From Octopus sinensis (lineage: Eukaryota), in the NCBI RefSeq assembly GCF_006345805.1, contig NC_042998.1, forward strand, positions 92,380,001 through 92,444,000: DNA of 64,000 nucleotides, in the 5' to 3' direction. This document shows positions 24,776 through 39,761 of the stretch, piece after piece. Under the pieces are notes generated by a model. The model searched no databases. It was not told where the DNA came from and was given only the letters and a program-made list of their open reading frames with translations. Both the position numbers and the translations under genes were made by a program. Positions within the stretch are counted from its first letter, which is position 1. The number at the start of each line of letters is the position of its first letter.

Positions 24776-26955
24776 GAGAAAGAGAGTCTGCCCAATGTCA
24801 ACCCAACAGAGGTGCCAGCTATCCAAATTGACAGTACCTAGGTAGATAAAGCAATTAAGAGTATGAAGACAGGGAAAGCCCCTGGCCCATCAGGAATCAC
24901 CGCAGAGATGCTTAAAGTATCAGGTGATGTTGGCTATAGCCTAGTCGACCGTATAGTTAACCAGGTTAACCAGGTGATACAAGAAGGAGTCAATGACTGG
25001 TGTAGCAGCACCATAGTCAACTGCTACAGAGGTAAAGATGATGCATTAGATATAAATAATTACAGGGGTATCAAGTTGTTGGATCAGGTAATGAAGGTCA
25101 TGGAGAGGGTCTAGCCAAACTAATTAGGAGAGAGTCAGTCTAGATGAGATGCAGTTTGGGTTTGTGCCAGGGAAAAGCACCACTGATGCTATATTTCTGG
25201 TAAGACAGCTGCAAGAGAAATACCTAGCCAAAGATAAATCTCTGTACCTGGCTTTCATTGACACGGAGGAAACCTATGACAGGGTCCCCCGATCCCTTAT
25301 CTGGTGGTCAATGAGGAAACTAGAGATAGATGAATGGTTTGTGAAAGCTGTACAAGCCATGTACAGGGATGCTGTCAGTAAGGTGAGGGTTGGCAACGAG
25401 TACAGTGAAGAATTCTGAGTAGGGGTCCACCAAGGACTAGTCCTCAGCCCCCTCTTATCATAGTCCTCCAGGCAATAACGGAGGAATTCAAGACAGGATG
25501 GCCCTGGGAGCTCCTCTATGCTGATGACTTTGCTCTAATTGCTGAGTCACTAGCAGAATTAGAGGAAAAGTTTCAGGTGTGGAAGCAAGGATTAGAATCA
25601 AATGGCTGAGAGTCAACCTAGCTAAAACCAAAGTCTTAATAAGTACGAAGGCAGGCAAATCTCAAATCCCTTTGGGAAAATGGTCCTGCTCAATCTGTAG
25701 AAAAAGCATAGGTAGAAACTCCATAAGATGTACTTGATTAAGCTATGGACACATAAGAGATGCAGTAATATCAAAGGAAGGTTAACTGGGAAGATAGTCT
25801 TTTGTGTGGCAGTTGCACAGCAGCAATAAACACCAAAGATGTACAGAAAACAGATTCCAACAAATGCCAGTGGGAAAAACTGGAAGTAATTGATAGCTTC
25901 TGTTACCTAGGTAACCAAGTCAGTAGCGGGGTGGATGCTCTGAGAAAGCAGCTGCTAGAATAAGAATAGTCTGGGCAAAGTTCAGAGAGCTCCTACCTCT
26001 GCTGGTAACAAAGGGCCTCTTGCTCAGAGTGAAAGGTAGACTGTATGATGCATGAGTGAACAGCAGTAAGACATAGACTGTAACTGCTGAGGATGTATGC
26101 AGGCTTGAAAGAAATGAAGCTAGATGTGTAATGTCAGTGTGCATACATGACAGAATGTAAGTGCATTGAGAGAAAAGTTGGATATAAGAAACCTCAGATA
26201 TGGTGTGCAAGAGAGACTACTGTGCTGGTATGGTCATGTGTTGCATATGGATGAGGACAGCTGTGTGAAGACGTGTCACCCTAACAATGGAAGGAACCTG
26301 TGGAAGAGGTAGACCAAGGAAGACATGGGATGAGGTGGTGAAGCATGATCTTTGAATGTTGGGCCTCACAGAGGCAATGACAAGTGACCAAGACCTTTGG
26401 AGATATGCTGTGCTTGAGAAAACCCGGCAAGCCAAGTGGGATCATAGCCATAGCTGATGCCAGTGTCATATAACCGGCCCGTTTAAAAGTACCCTTCAAT
26501 TGTCTGGCATTCTGCTATACTTGAGAAGACTTGTTGAGTCAAGTGAAATTGTAGTTGTGGCCAACGTCAATGTCACCTGACTGGCACCCATACTGCTTGC
26601 ATGTATAAAGCACCATTTGAGTGTGGCCAATGCCAATGCTGCCTGACAGGCATCCGTGCCGGTGACATGTAAAAAGCACCATTCCAGTGTAGCCAATGCC
26701 AGTGATGCCTGACTGGTACCTGTGCTGGTGACACGTAAAAAGCATCATTTGAGTGTTGCTGATGCCAGTGCTGCCAACTGCCACCCGTGCTGGTAGCACA
26801 TAAAAAGCACCTACTATACTCTTGGAGTTGTTGGCATTAGGAAGGGCATCCAGCTGTAGAAATCTTGCCAGATCAGATTGGAGCCTGGTGCAGCCGCCTG
26901 GCTTGCCAGTCCTCAGTCAAATCATCCAACCCATGCCAGCATAGAAAGCAGACAT
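24776..26955 (+). mobile_element. 5'-truncated RTE-type LINE (degenerate reverse transcriptase and 3' UTR)
   Basis: RT motifs MKTGKAPGPSGITAEML, YRGIKLL, QFGFVPGKSTTDAIF...LYLAFID, GVHQG and LLYADD, broken by stops and frameshifts, followed by the sub-repeated 3' UTR. Confidence 0.92.
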
Positions 26956-27307
26956 TATCTCTTAGCGTGAAGAGAAATTAATCAATAGACTAAATATTAT
27001 TCATATAAATACAGTGTACATTTAAACACATAAGGTGTCCATCTTAGGATACCGGGCATGCTAAAAGGAATAGCCAAAATCCAAACCACTATTAGGGATA
27101 AATTTCGAAGCGAAAGAAAAATAAAAACATTTACCATGTATCTCCTGGACCACGGCTTCTGACTATATAATGTGTTTAAATGTACACTGTATTTTTATAT
27201 ATATATATATATATCTGTATAGGTGTGTGTGTATATATATATATATATGCGTGTGTGTGTGTATATATATAAATATGTGTGTGTGAATATATATATATAT
27301 ATGTATG

Positions 27308-27419
<112 letters not shown>

Positions 27420-28008
27420 GAGATAGATAGATAGAAAGACTGATAGATCAATAGAAAGATATAGATATTTGAATTCATCAGAGTTTACTTTAATTAATCT
27501 TTACGAGTAATTCACAAAAGGGGGAAATGAGAATCTACAAACAATATTTCAAGATTGCAATGTAAGTCTCTTACTGAGGAAAAAAACACTAAAAGAAAAA
27601 TCAAACATACAATAAGAAATAAAATATGAACAAACTGGCTCATAAATCTTATATATAATAATGAGGATTAACAATATATCTTTCCCCTTATTGAGCTTGT
27701 CTGTTTGTACACACATATATATACTCTCTCTCTCAGTCCGTGTGTGTGTAGGTGCATAGCTTAGTGGTTCAGATGTGGCACTCATGTACATAAGATTGTG
27801 GTCTCGATACTTGGAATGAGTGGTGTGTTATGTTCTTGAGCAAAACCTTTCATTTCACATTGCTACAGTCAATTCAGCTGGTAAATGAGATTAATCCTGC
27901 AACAGACTGGGGATATATGCTAAACACCACAGTATTTAGGAAATTGGCCTTACTTATTTAGGAAAGTGGCCTTATGCACCTTTGGCTTGGGAAAGACCTT
28001 TTATCCTT

Positions 28009-28042
<34 letters not shown>

Positions 28043-28275
28043 CATCATTACCATCATTTTAACATACAATTTCCCATACTTGAATAGGTGGCATGGAATT
28101 TATTGAGGCACATTTTCTAAGGATGGATGATCTTGACACCTTGTTTCCATACAAGGTAATATTTCCCCATGGCTAGTTATATTCCTACAGATGAATGGTA
28201 TGGAACGACACTGCTTGCATGACAGTAACACTCATTTACAACACTTACATGATGTCAAAGACAAGAAGACATAAT

Positions 28276-28344
<69 letters not shown>

Positions 28345-28361
28345 CATACACACACACACGC

Positions 28362-28394
<33 letters not shown>

Positions 28395-28696
28395 CTTATA
28401 CATATCAGAGAGAAAACAAGAGAATCAGAGAGTAAGATATATAGCTACGTTTTGTGTGTGCATGTGTAATGTATCTATTTAAATCAATAAGTGACTATAT
28501 ATTCACTTCAATGTATTTTGACAAAGTTATTATATTAAATTAATCCTACCATTTATTCTCCAGTCTATTACTATTTTCTACCAAGATAATTTATGTAAAA
28601 ATCTTTGTTTTAACTATTCAGTCTCAACTTAACATTTTGTGTTCATAGCAGTAACAGTAAAAACTCCTTTCTAAGAACTGTTCAGTGGTGTGTATG

Positions 28697-28750
<54 letters not shown>

Positions 28751-29276
28751 CATATATATATATACATATATATAGATAGAGAGAGAGAGAGACTGATAGA
28801 TTGATAGATAGATATAGACATTGGTATATATATATATATTCAAAGATATGTAGATGTTTCTTTTATGTAAGTCTAGTGACTACAAAAGAATTAAAAAAAT
28901 AAAACAGTATATGTAAGCACTGTTTGTAAAATCAGCAATGCTGGAATCCTTCTGAATGCATGTAAGGAAAAATAGAACATAAAGCATGCCACTAGAATAG
29001 TACAAAGCTACTTGAATTGTGAGATTGGATGATGTACGTGCTTAACATTAGTGCAGCTCTAGAGTCCAGTATACTTTGCGATGAATACATGACTATTTTT
29101 TTCTGTGTACAATTGAGTAGCTACTTCTAGATTGTCTTAAAGAAATTATTTTCTTTCATGATTTAAACAAGAGATGAAAAAAAAAATTTTTAGATTAAAA
29201 CTGTAAAATATAAGTAGTAACAAAAAAAATGTCTCCACCACCACCACCACCACAAAAAAAGAAAGCGTGAACGTAC

Positions 29277-29394
29277 CATGGTTTCTAAGGAGAGCTTCAG
29301 CAGTAAAGAGTGGGACACTCAACATATCAGCTGTCTCAACTAGCAGCTGATCTTTTACTTCTTGTAAGTCTTGAGTACGGAGACCACTATATTC
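29277..29394 (-). CDS. ANKIB1: ANKIB1-like exon 3 of 7 (Ariadne UBA-like region): [39 protein letters not shown](E)
   Basis: 118 nt, phase 0-1. Acceptor tttgtttacag, donor gtacgt. [16 protein letters not shown] motif is characteristic of ANKIB1. Confidence 0.95.
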
Positions 29395-32300
29395 CTGTAA
29401 ACAAATAGCAGAGAATTATTAAAGAAAAAAAAAAGCAGATCGATCTCCATCAGTTTAGATGACGATTACTAAGTTTTCTAATGAACTGAATTACCAGCTC
29501 ATGGAATTAAAATGTATGTAGTTGAGTATTCCATTGAATTGTGCACCCTTAACATAAACCTCAGAGGAAATCAACATGGCACAGTGTATGACTAGGCAAG
29601 CCTTTTACATTACAGAGACAGTCCATTTGACAGGCTTCTGCACAGTTTCCATCTAACCAGTTTAACTCACAAGGCTTAGGTTGCCAAAGGATATGGTAAA
29701 AGACAGCTGCCCAAATTACAATGACGCAGGATGGAACTTGGAACCTTGTAACTGTGAAACAAACATTATAACCATTTAGCCACACTGCATCCTTTAGAAT
29801 TAAAGTAACATAGAGAAAAACAGCAAAAGGTATAAATATAAAATAGATTATAATGAATTTCTTTCAGCATTTGAATGATATCAAATAGCTTGGCTCAAAA
29901 TCTATCTGAAGTTGAATTCTAAGCACAAGGGACTAAGAAATCAATTAAAAATAAAATACTGTTCCATGCAGATTATACATATTCAGAGTTTATAATAATC
30001 CAATAACTCTGTTTATATTTATTTCTAGTGTAAACATTTATGCAGTGAAATAATTTTCTAATACATCACAACTACTTGGTTAGGTCTGATGAGTTCTTAC
30101 AGATTAATAATAGTGATAAAAAATAGTAATATAAATGGTTCATAGAAGCAGAAACTCATCAGAGCAATTAACATGACAAGTCAGCATGATGTGAGTTGGT
30201 GTTTCTTCACCAAGCAATTGGGCTGCCTTGCTAGTTAGGATTAGTCAGGCTTGAGAAATACTGTATACTAGTCAATATTGTATATTAACTCTAATGACAA
30301 GAGTTTAAAACAATAAATGTAGCTGAACTATGTGGTTAAAATCTATTCATTGAACTTAATTGCATGGATAATGTTAGAATAACATCAAGACTTGTAATTT
30401 TTAAGGCAGAATGAATGTGCACATGTATATGTGTACACATGTGTGATAAAGGAAATTAGTAGATCTCCACACCATTATCATCATCACTGCTTTAATGTCC
30501 ACTTTTCAATGTTTGCATGGATCAGATGGAATTTGTTGAGGCAGATGTTTTACATGTGTCTGTCCTTCTGGTTGTCAACACTCACTTGTTTTTAAGCAAG
30601 ATAATATCTCCCAAAGACTGGACATGTTTTCATGAAAGATTCAAAAATGAAGGATACCACTTGTGTGATAATGACATTCATTATCAACTACCATGCAATG
30701 TCAAGACAGAAACAAACATACACAAACAATACACACACACACACACACACTCATGTACAATAGTCTTCTTTCAGTTTTCATCTAGAAAAATAATTGACAC
30801 TTGCCCAAGGTGCCATGCAATGGGATTGAAATCTAAACCATGTGGTTGATAAGTAAACTTCTTAGCCACATAACTTTGCCTGTACTTAGATCTATAAAAG
30901 AGTAATGAGTTCACTTAAATAGATCTTTGTATCTCTGAAGAAAAGGCCTCTCTAAAACAAGAATTTCCTTTTCCTCTAATGAATGTACACTAACATTATC
31001 CTAACTTACTTTTATTACAGAGATTTTTATAAAAAGAATCTAACATTAAGTAATTTGAAATTTAAGACTGTGAAAAAATTTTAATTTTATTTTGATTACT
31101 TAATCTAATAATCAATCATGTGTCATTTGCTTTCCAGAGGAACTAAAATTTGAAAAAAGTAGAAAATCAATTAGCAGAAATTCTAGAATGATTTTTTTCA
31201 ATGTTTATACAAAACAGATACATTTTAGCAATAAATTTTGTCTCTCTAATCTTTGGGTTTAAATTTTGAGATGCTACTGTATTTTTTAATAATAAACACA
31301 AAACTAATATTAAAAACCAATTCTGTAAATAAGATGTAAAATATATATGTAAATAAAATAAATATATATATAGTATGTAAATACATATAAATATATCTGT
31401 GCCTAACTATATCTATCTGTCTGTCTATATATATATACATATGCATTTACATATTATATGTACTATTTACATATATATATATATGTAAATAATACATATA
31501 ATATATACATATATACGTCAGTTCTGTAAATGATATTTAAAATTAAAAAAAAAATTCTTTCATAGAGAAATTCATTAAAAACTACACTGTAATATTTCAT
31601 TCACAGAACTTCGGTTTACTTAATAACGTGCAATCATACTTAACAAGTTGAGAAATCTATATAAGCTGTCAGAACACAAGAAAATGCAATCAGTCAAGGT
31701 AGCTGTGCATTCGAAAGGAGGATTTAATTAACTGTTGTCTGCTCTTCCACCAATCCTTCATCACTCCTACATACATGATATTCATTGGAAACTGTGGCAA
31801 ATTAGTTTTATATTTCTTTATGAATCATCAGCAATACATAAACTACTTGGAGTGCATTATTCTACATTCCTTGCGTTCTTTGAAAGAGAACTAAAATTAT
31901 CTGATAACCTGAGCAGTTTTCTCTAGTCAGCATTTTTATTAAGATACTAATCCAGTTTGTTTCTCTACAATGCAGTAATCCAGCACAACTATATTCATAC
32001 ATCTTGAAGACATAATGTGTTATATTTTTCTTTAGTTACATATATTGAACGAAAAGGAATTTATTATATAGCCACTGTCCAAACTAACGACTCAACATTA
32101 ATCCATCACAAATGATCTGGATTTACAAAACTATATAAATGCTCTCTTTGATCTTGCCTATAATACCTTAATAATTAACTAAATTGCTAGAACACACACT
32201 GGGTAAGAAGATATGAAGTTAAGAATCAATTTACCTGCCACATTTTATCTAACACTACTAAAGAATAGTTCCTCATCAAAGGGAAAATTTATACGATAAT

Positions 32301-34475
32301 GAATCAATTGAAAAGAATATACAACAATGAACTGTTGGCTCTAATAGTAGTACAAGGAATTCTGTAATTCTCACAAAAGGAAGGGATTAAGGTTATCTAC
32401 ATAGTTAAATGAACAACAAACAACCGACAAGTATTTTCTGATCATTATACATATTTTTCTTTGTATACTAGTTGCTAATTATTTTCCTGTATGATAACCT
32501 ATCCCCCAAAGATTTTAATTGTTGTAAGAAATTGGAATAACTCTCACAAGGCTTCATAGAAAGTACATAAAACAAGAAACATTTTGGATTCGGCATCATC
32601 TCTTCTTTTTACATGTTCCAGCCATGACACTGCGGTCCTGCTAGGGCATTGCTTTGAAGTGTTTAGTTAAACAAACTGACCCCAGTACTTATTTCTTAAG
32701 TTAGGTATCTATTTTATCAATCTCTTTTGCTGAACTTCTAAATTATGGGGGATGTAATCAAACTAATACCGAAATAAACACAATTACAAAGACAAACACA
32801 CAAGGCAGGTTTCTACATAGATTCCATCTACCAAATTTGTTAGAGTAGAAGACCCTTGCCCTGGTTGCAAAGTGAGCTCCTTAACCACAATACCATGCCT
32901 ACACCTAAGGTAATAAGTTGATTTTCTTTCAATGCCCTTCTTTGAATACACTGATTTTTACCATATCCTTTATGATCTATATTATATTCTTAACATATCA
33001 GTTACTTTATCCATTTTTTCCCCCTTTAATTTTAATTTGTGCCTTGGAAATTCTTTCACATGGTCCTGTGATATACTAATCTTCAACTTTTCAAAATCCA
33101 CTTTAGCCACATTATTCTTTATTTATTCACATTAACTTTTGATAAGAGAACCCAAGAATTATGTGAGCAATGTCCCAAAATTATTGGTTTCAAATTTCTG
33201 GCACAAGACCAGCAATGTCAGGGGAGGGGGTAAGTTGATTGGTACTTATTTTACGAACCCAAAAGGATGAAAGGCAAAGTTGAGCTTGGTGGCATTTGAA
33301 TTCTAAACGTAATGCTAAGAAGCATTTTGCCTGGTATGCTAACACTTCTGCCAGCTTGTCACCTTAATGTCAAAAAAAAAAAAGAGAATGTATTTCCTAT
33401 GCAGACTTCAAATTTTAAAATAGTACTTTTCTTTTAAAGCAATTTCAATAGTTAGAATTTGCAAAATATTATTTTTTCAAGATGTAAAGTAGTCTGATAA
33501 AGCTGATATTTCCAACTTTACTTATTTTTTGAAGTAATTTAAAAAAAAAGCAAATATACTGAATAATTTTTAGAGAAGCAGCTTTTACAACATAAACTAT
33601 AAAATGTGTTAAGAGGTATTGTAGAGTTAAATCAATAACTAAGAAAGTATTATTTTCGATCAAGAAAATCAAAATATACCTTTAAAATTTATATAGGCTT
33701 CTAAATTACTAAGATTATATATATTTTTTTATTCTTGTTTCCTTCACTGGACTGCGCTCATGCTGGAGCACTTCCTCGACCTTATAGTATTCAAGTTACT
33801 CTGTTTAATGTGATACTTAGTTCTTGAAATTGTTTTGAATTACCATATTTGATGGCCTATAAGATGTACAAGTGCATAGGATGCATCCTAGCCAAGGCTA
33901 TACTTTTGTAAAATAAATTACTGCTAAAATAATGTTTTAATTCCTCCACTTACTTGTATAACTTTATGTTATTACTGGTAATTATAAGCAATTTATTGCA
34001 TCCACATTTGATATAAACATACCGTAGGCGATTGTTCACCAATAAATGGCAGCACATGTTTTGTAAACATACATAGTGTTTTGAGTGAGCTTTGAGCCTA
34101 CATTGAGTGCCTTGGATGCAGAGGAATTTTTAAAGTCATTTTTGGGTAAAAAACATGTGTCTTAAAAGCCATCAAATATGATAATCATGAACTATCTCAT
34201 AGCTTTGAGATTTCAAAGATGTGATAGTATATTTTTAGAATAATATTATAGGGCTGCTGCAAGAGGCCAGATCTAGCCAGTTTAAATGCTAAAGGGTTAA
34301 AGCGCTTAGTCAAGCCTATCAAATACAGTCCTTTTTCTCTCTTAAGTCTAGCACTCATTCTAAGGAACTCTTCTGCAAAACTACTAAGTTATGGGAACAC
34401 AAAACAATACCAGTTGTCAAAGACATGCATGCAAATAAGTACCCTGTAAGAGAAGCTTGTTTCCTTGTACTGGAT

Positions 34476-34518
<43 letters not shown>

Positions 34519-35041
34519 TTATACAGGTTTTGGCCATGGTGTGTATATATAAATATATATATATAAAACAGTTTAGCTACGAGTAAAATACACTTAAGGG
34601 ATATTAAATATGTATTTATAATTGTTCAATTTACTGTTTTGTTTTTCCGTTTTTGATTTATATATATATATGCTTGCGTGTATATATACATTTATATATA
34701 TATATATATATTTAATGTTTCTCCCAGCATTCACTATTTTCCTTTCATTCTGATCTAATAACCTCCATGTTTATTTTCATTCGGTTTCCTTGTATGTTTC
34801 CACTGTCATGTTTTTGATACCAACTTTGACCCTCCATAAATCCTAAATATTATTTTAGAATTTATGAGAGCAACTGTCTTTGAAGACTCATAATGTCACT
34901 GAATGCTCGAAATGAGGAGTAGATAGACAGCTAACAACTGATGAAGGGTCCTTTCTCTGTATTGTTCTGTTTTCCATTTTTTCCCCTTGTTTATGTATCT
35001 AACTCGTTTGTTTATGCAGTTCATGTTGTTTGCATGCATAT

Positions 35042-35085
<44 letters not shown>

Positions 35086-35087
<2 letters not shown>

Positions 35088-35545
35088 TCAAGACTCACTG
35101 GTGTGAAGGTGGGAGAGATATGCAGTAATATATATCTGGAAGATCCTGGAAGGGATTGTGCCAAATTTTAGTATTGAAAGCTACACAAATGTCAAAGCAG
35201 GTCGCCACTGCACAGTGCCAAACATACCAGCAATGTCATCGCCCTTCAGAACTTGTTACTGCAACAGCCTGGGTTTCAGGGGCACAGAGCTTTTTAATAT
35301 TCTCCCAAAGAGCCTGAGGGACCTACAAAAGGTGGATGTAGCTGTTTTCAAATCAAAACTGGATCTCTTCCAGTCGAGAGTCCCAGATGAACCTACCTTG
35401 TGACAGGAGGTGCAAATGAGGGTAGTGACATCAAACTCCCATATACACTAAATACCACATATCAGAGGAAGTTCTCAGTAACAGTGTAGCAAAACGGTGG
35501 TGCCCCAGCATGGCCACAGCTTTCAAAGGAAACTGATAAAAAGTA
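35086..35545 (+). mobile_element. CR1/L2/Jockey-group LINE 3' end
   Basis: RYAVIYIWKILEGIVPNF...NSLGFRGTELFNILPKSLRDL...FKSKLDLFQSRVPDEP; flanked by (TA)n. Confidence 0.75.
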
Positions 35546-35831
35546 TATATATGTGTGTGTGTGTATATATATACATGTGATATATATATGTGTATATTTA
35601 TACATATACACATGTGTATATATATATATATGTGTGTGTGTGTATGTATGTATATATATATATACATACGCGTATGTGTGTGTGTATATATAAATACACA
35701 TACATGATCGGGTGGTGCGTTTTATGTGCTACCGGCACAGGAGTCAGTCAAGGCGATATATATATATGTACGTATGTATATATATGTATGTATACATATA
35801 CATGTATGTATACATATATAAGTATGGATGT

Positions 35832-35862
<31 letters not shown>

Positions 35863-35930
35863 CATATATAAGTATGGATGTATATATATATGTATGCATG
35901 TATGTATATATATATATATATATATATATA
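35544..35930. repeat. Compound (TA)n/(TG)n microsatellite region
   Basis: Dinucleotide runs with short interruptions, including a duplicated tacatatataagtatggatg unit. Confidence 0.85.
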
Positions 35931-36134
35931 AATCAATCATCGTTTAATGTCTACCTTCCATCCTGGCATGGGTCGGATGGTTTGCCAGGAACTGGCCAGG
36001 CAGGAGCCAGCACCATACTTCTGTAACATTAACCATTCAGCAGAGTGGACTTAGTGCTTTTTATGTGGCACAAGTGAGGTCAGTTTTGGTAAGTTTTTTT
36101 ACAGCTGGATGCCCCTCTGAATACCAACCACTTT

Positions 36135-36696
36135 ATAGTGTGGACTAAAGATGGTCTTCACCTATGTGAGGTGTTGCTATCTGTGTGGTGGGATATGAAA
36201 GGTTTAGTCCACTTTGAACTTTTAAATCCAACACAAACAATAATAAAGGAGATCCACTGTGTTGCAGCTAGAAGAGAAACGACCATCTTTGGTTTCAAGA
36301 CAAAAAGTGTTCTTCTATCAGGATAATGCTCAGCCACATACAGCAAGGATAACATTCCAAAGGCTGGAGCAGTTTGATAGGGAAATGATGCCCCACCTAC
36401 CATATTCGCCGGACATTGCCCCATCTGACTATCATTTATTCAAAGTCTTCAAAATCATTTGGATGGAAAAAACATGAATTCTGTAGACAAGGTCAGAACA
36501 ATACTGGAGGAGTATTTTTCATCATGGACATGTGAATTTTGGAAGAGAGGCCTTGCAAATCTACCAGATATATGGAAGAGCGTTGTAGGAAATGCAGGAG
36601 AGTATATTTAAGATTAAGAAAGAACTTTGCTTATCTTAATTTTGAAAAATAAAAGAAGTATAAAAAAAAAACTGCATTATTTATGGTATGACTCAA
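36135..36696 (+). mobile_element. mariner (DD34D) transposase 3' fragment with right TIR
   Basis: LLSVWWDMKGLVHFELL, FYQDNAQPHT and PYSPDIAPSDYHLF motifs; ends aaaactgcattatttatggtatgactcaa|TA. Confidence 0.88.
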
Positions 36697-37927
36697 TATG
36701 TAGGTATGCATGTATATATGTATGTGTGTGTGTGCATGTGTATGTGTTTGTATGTGCATCGTTGTGCATGTGTGTGTATTTCTGTGTCTGTTTGTCCCCC
36801 ATCACAAGTTGAAAACTGGTGTTGTGTTTACATCCTTGTAACTTAGCAGTTCAGCAAAAGAGACTGACAAAATAAGTACATGGTTTTAAAAAAGAAAAGA
36901 TAAGCATTGGGGTTGATTCGTTTGACTAAACTTCTCCAAGGTGATGCCCCGGCATGGCTGCAGTCTAATGACTGAAACAAGTAAAAGATAAAAGATATTT
37001 ATTTACACTGAAAAGTCTAATAAGCAATTCATGCCTATCACATTTGCTTTGCTCAAACACTAAAGTTTTTTGTATAAAACAAATTTAATTTAATTGGCTG
37101 AATTTGAGCTTGTCAACTTTTCAAGATTAATTTGGGCATATTCTTTGAAAAATAATTTGCAAAATATAAGGTTTTTTTCAAAGCAGGACAAAAGTTATTA
37201 TTTTCTCTGATGAAAATTATCACAGCTCATAAATGAGTTACTAATTATCAGAGAATAAGACACTAATGAGAAACAGTAATATTTCTAGTGAAGTAGAAAT
37301 ATAGTCCACTTTATTTACACTGACTAAATCAATTTTTTGTAGTATTTAGTTTGCAAGATTATTGATGTGAACTCCCGTGTTGAAACAGATTTTGCTGTGT
37401 CTCAAGAGAGTCATCGTGACAATAATAAAGACATGCCCTCGTTCTATTTCACTTATTTTATTATTGGTCAACTTGTAAGGTGGCGAGCTGGCAGAATTAG
37501 TAGCCTACTGGACAAAATGTTTTGCAGCATTTTGTCCATCTTTGTTTTGAGTTCAAATTCTACTGAGAGTGACTTTGCTTGTCATCCATTTGGGGTTGAT
37601 AAAATAGGTACCTGTTGAGCACTGGGGTCGATGTAATCAATTATCCCCCTCCCACCAAAATTTCAAGCCTTGTGTCTATAGGAGAAAGATTTATTGTTAG
37701 TATTTAACCAATTAACTAATCATTTGTTTGATTAACTGTTCAATCAATCGATCAATCAGCTAGGACTGAGAGACCGGAAGAGAAAAAAAAGTTAAGTGAT
37801 TGATGAGGTCATGGAAGATGATGAAAAGACTGACAAATCTAATGGATTGATTGAGAGGTTGACTACCAGTCATTTTATTTCACTAAAACCAAGAGGTCGT
37901 CAGAGACTAAAAATGCTAACCACTTAC

Positions 37928-37984
37928 CTCTGTATCACTAACAGGAATAACCACCTCTTCATGATCCTCTTGGGAACCTTCATT
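37928..37984 (-). CDS. ANKIB1: ANKIB1-like exon 2 of 7 (acidic linker): NEGSQEDHEEVVIPVSDTE
   Basis: 57 nt, phase 0-0. Acceptor tttttattgtttgtag, donor gtaagt. No stops; supplies a 19-aa acidic linker between VFS and EYSGL, matching the recalled vertebrate linker in length and character. Confidence 0.8.
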
Positions 37985-39715
37985 CTACAAACAATAAAAA
38001 GAATGAAGAAGCATTGTTATTTGTTCAAATATTAGTATGAACGAAACTTAGCAGTAAAACCAAAATGGAAAACATTCAAATTTTAAAACAATTTAAAGAT
38101 ATAGTTTGGTTACAAATATCAATTTTAAAGTGATGAAAATTGAAATCGGAAATATTTCCTTTTGAAAGTTTGTAACAAAAAATAAAAAACAAATAAAATG
38201 AAAAGTAAAAACACTTTTATGGTAAAGTTTTATTTAAATCCAGGAATTCTAGACATATTCCAGGCCATTGCTATATACCATTACACAATTTAAAAAAAAA
38301 TATTATTATATAGGTGGAGATGTAGTTGTGTGGTAGAAAGCTTGCTTTAGAAACCACATAGTTCCATGTTCAGTCCCACTGTGGGACACTTTGGGCAAGT
38401 GTCTTCTACTATAGCCTTGTGAGTGGATTTAGTAGATGGAAACTGAAAGAAGCCCAACATATATAAGTGTGTGTGTGTGTGTGTTTGTGCCTGTGTTTGC
38501 TCCCCCATCACCACTTGACAACCAGTGTTGGTATGCTTACATCCCTGTAACTTAACAGTTCAGCAAAAGAGACCAATAGAATAAGTACCAGGCTTAAGAA
38601 GTAAGTCCTGGAGTTAATTTGTTCAACTAAAACCCTTCAAGGTGGTGCTCTAACATGAATGTAGTCCAATGACTGAAACAAGTAAAATAATAAAAGAGTA
38701 TTAAGAACAATGAAAGTTCTATGTGGACACTTGGCTTGCTAGAAACACCAGTCCAAATTTCCCCGTTTTGTCTATCCTCCATTCACCATCTTACATACAT
38801 TGGATAATGATAAAGACACACTATGCTGGAAGAAGGACAGAATGAACTCTGCTGAAATGTTTCATCAGAGCTGTCTAAGACAACAACATTATTTAGAATC
38901 ACAGATTTCATAATATCATAAAAGTAACAACATCATAAACATTCAGACAGTAACAATTTCACAATTTATTCAAAACCTAATTACAACTGGTTTGTAACTC
39001 AACAAATCAGAAACAAAGTAATGCTTCACTTTACACTTTCTGTTGAACTGCCAAATCTTTTGAAATTTTACCTCGAGCCAAAGTCTGATGGTAAATTCCC
39101 CTCCTCCTCCTCCTACTACTACTATAACGACGTCATCGCCATTATCACAACCACAGTTGTTTTAACACCCACTTTTCCATGTTTGCACACGCCGGAATGA
39201 TGTTTATTGAAGCAGGTTTTCTATGGCTAGATGCCGTTCCTGTTGCCCAATTTACATGTTTCCAAGCAACGCAATAGTTCCACATAGCTGGACATATTTT
39301 CATGGCAGATTGGAAACAAATGGCACTGCTTCTATGATGGTGACACTCATTTACTTCTATTGTCAACATGCACAAACAAAGATACTAACACACATACAGT
39401 ACATATCCCACAATGGCCTTCTTTCAGTTTCTGTAAATCAATTTCATTTACAATGAATTGGCTGGACCAGAGCAATAGCAGAAGCCTTTGGCCCAAGGTG
39501 CAGTACTGCATAATTGCCCTTTAGTCTGAGCTCAGCCATGATTAACCATTTAGTATTTAGATTACTCTGTCAAACATGATACTTATTCACATCGTTTTGA
39601 ACTAATCATGCATTATCTTGTAATTATGAAATTTTCCAGTTCTATATTTAAGAGATGAGGAATTATGTACATTATTTACATTTGATGGATATTTGTCCTC
39701 ATCTTGTTTGTTGTT

Positions 39716-39761
39716 AACATAACGTTTCGGCTGATATACCCTCCAGCTTTCATCAGGTGTC
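39716..39761 (-). ncRNA. Minimal type I hammerhead motif (intact catalytic core)
   Basis: GACAC-CTGATGA-A-AGCTG-gagggtatat-CAGCC-GAAAC-GT-T-ATGTT; one mismatch each in stems I and II. Confidence 0.6.

Noticed and set aside
31730-31790. Acidic minus-strand peptide SNEYHVCRSDEGLVEEQTT as the missing linker exon
   Set aside because: Wrong phase and poor donor; the 37928..37984 exon fits in phase, splice signals and length.
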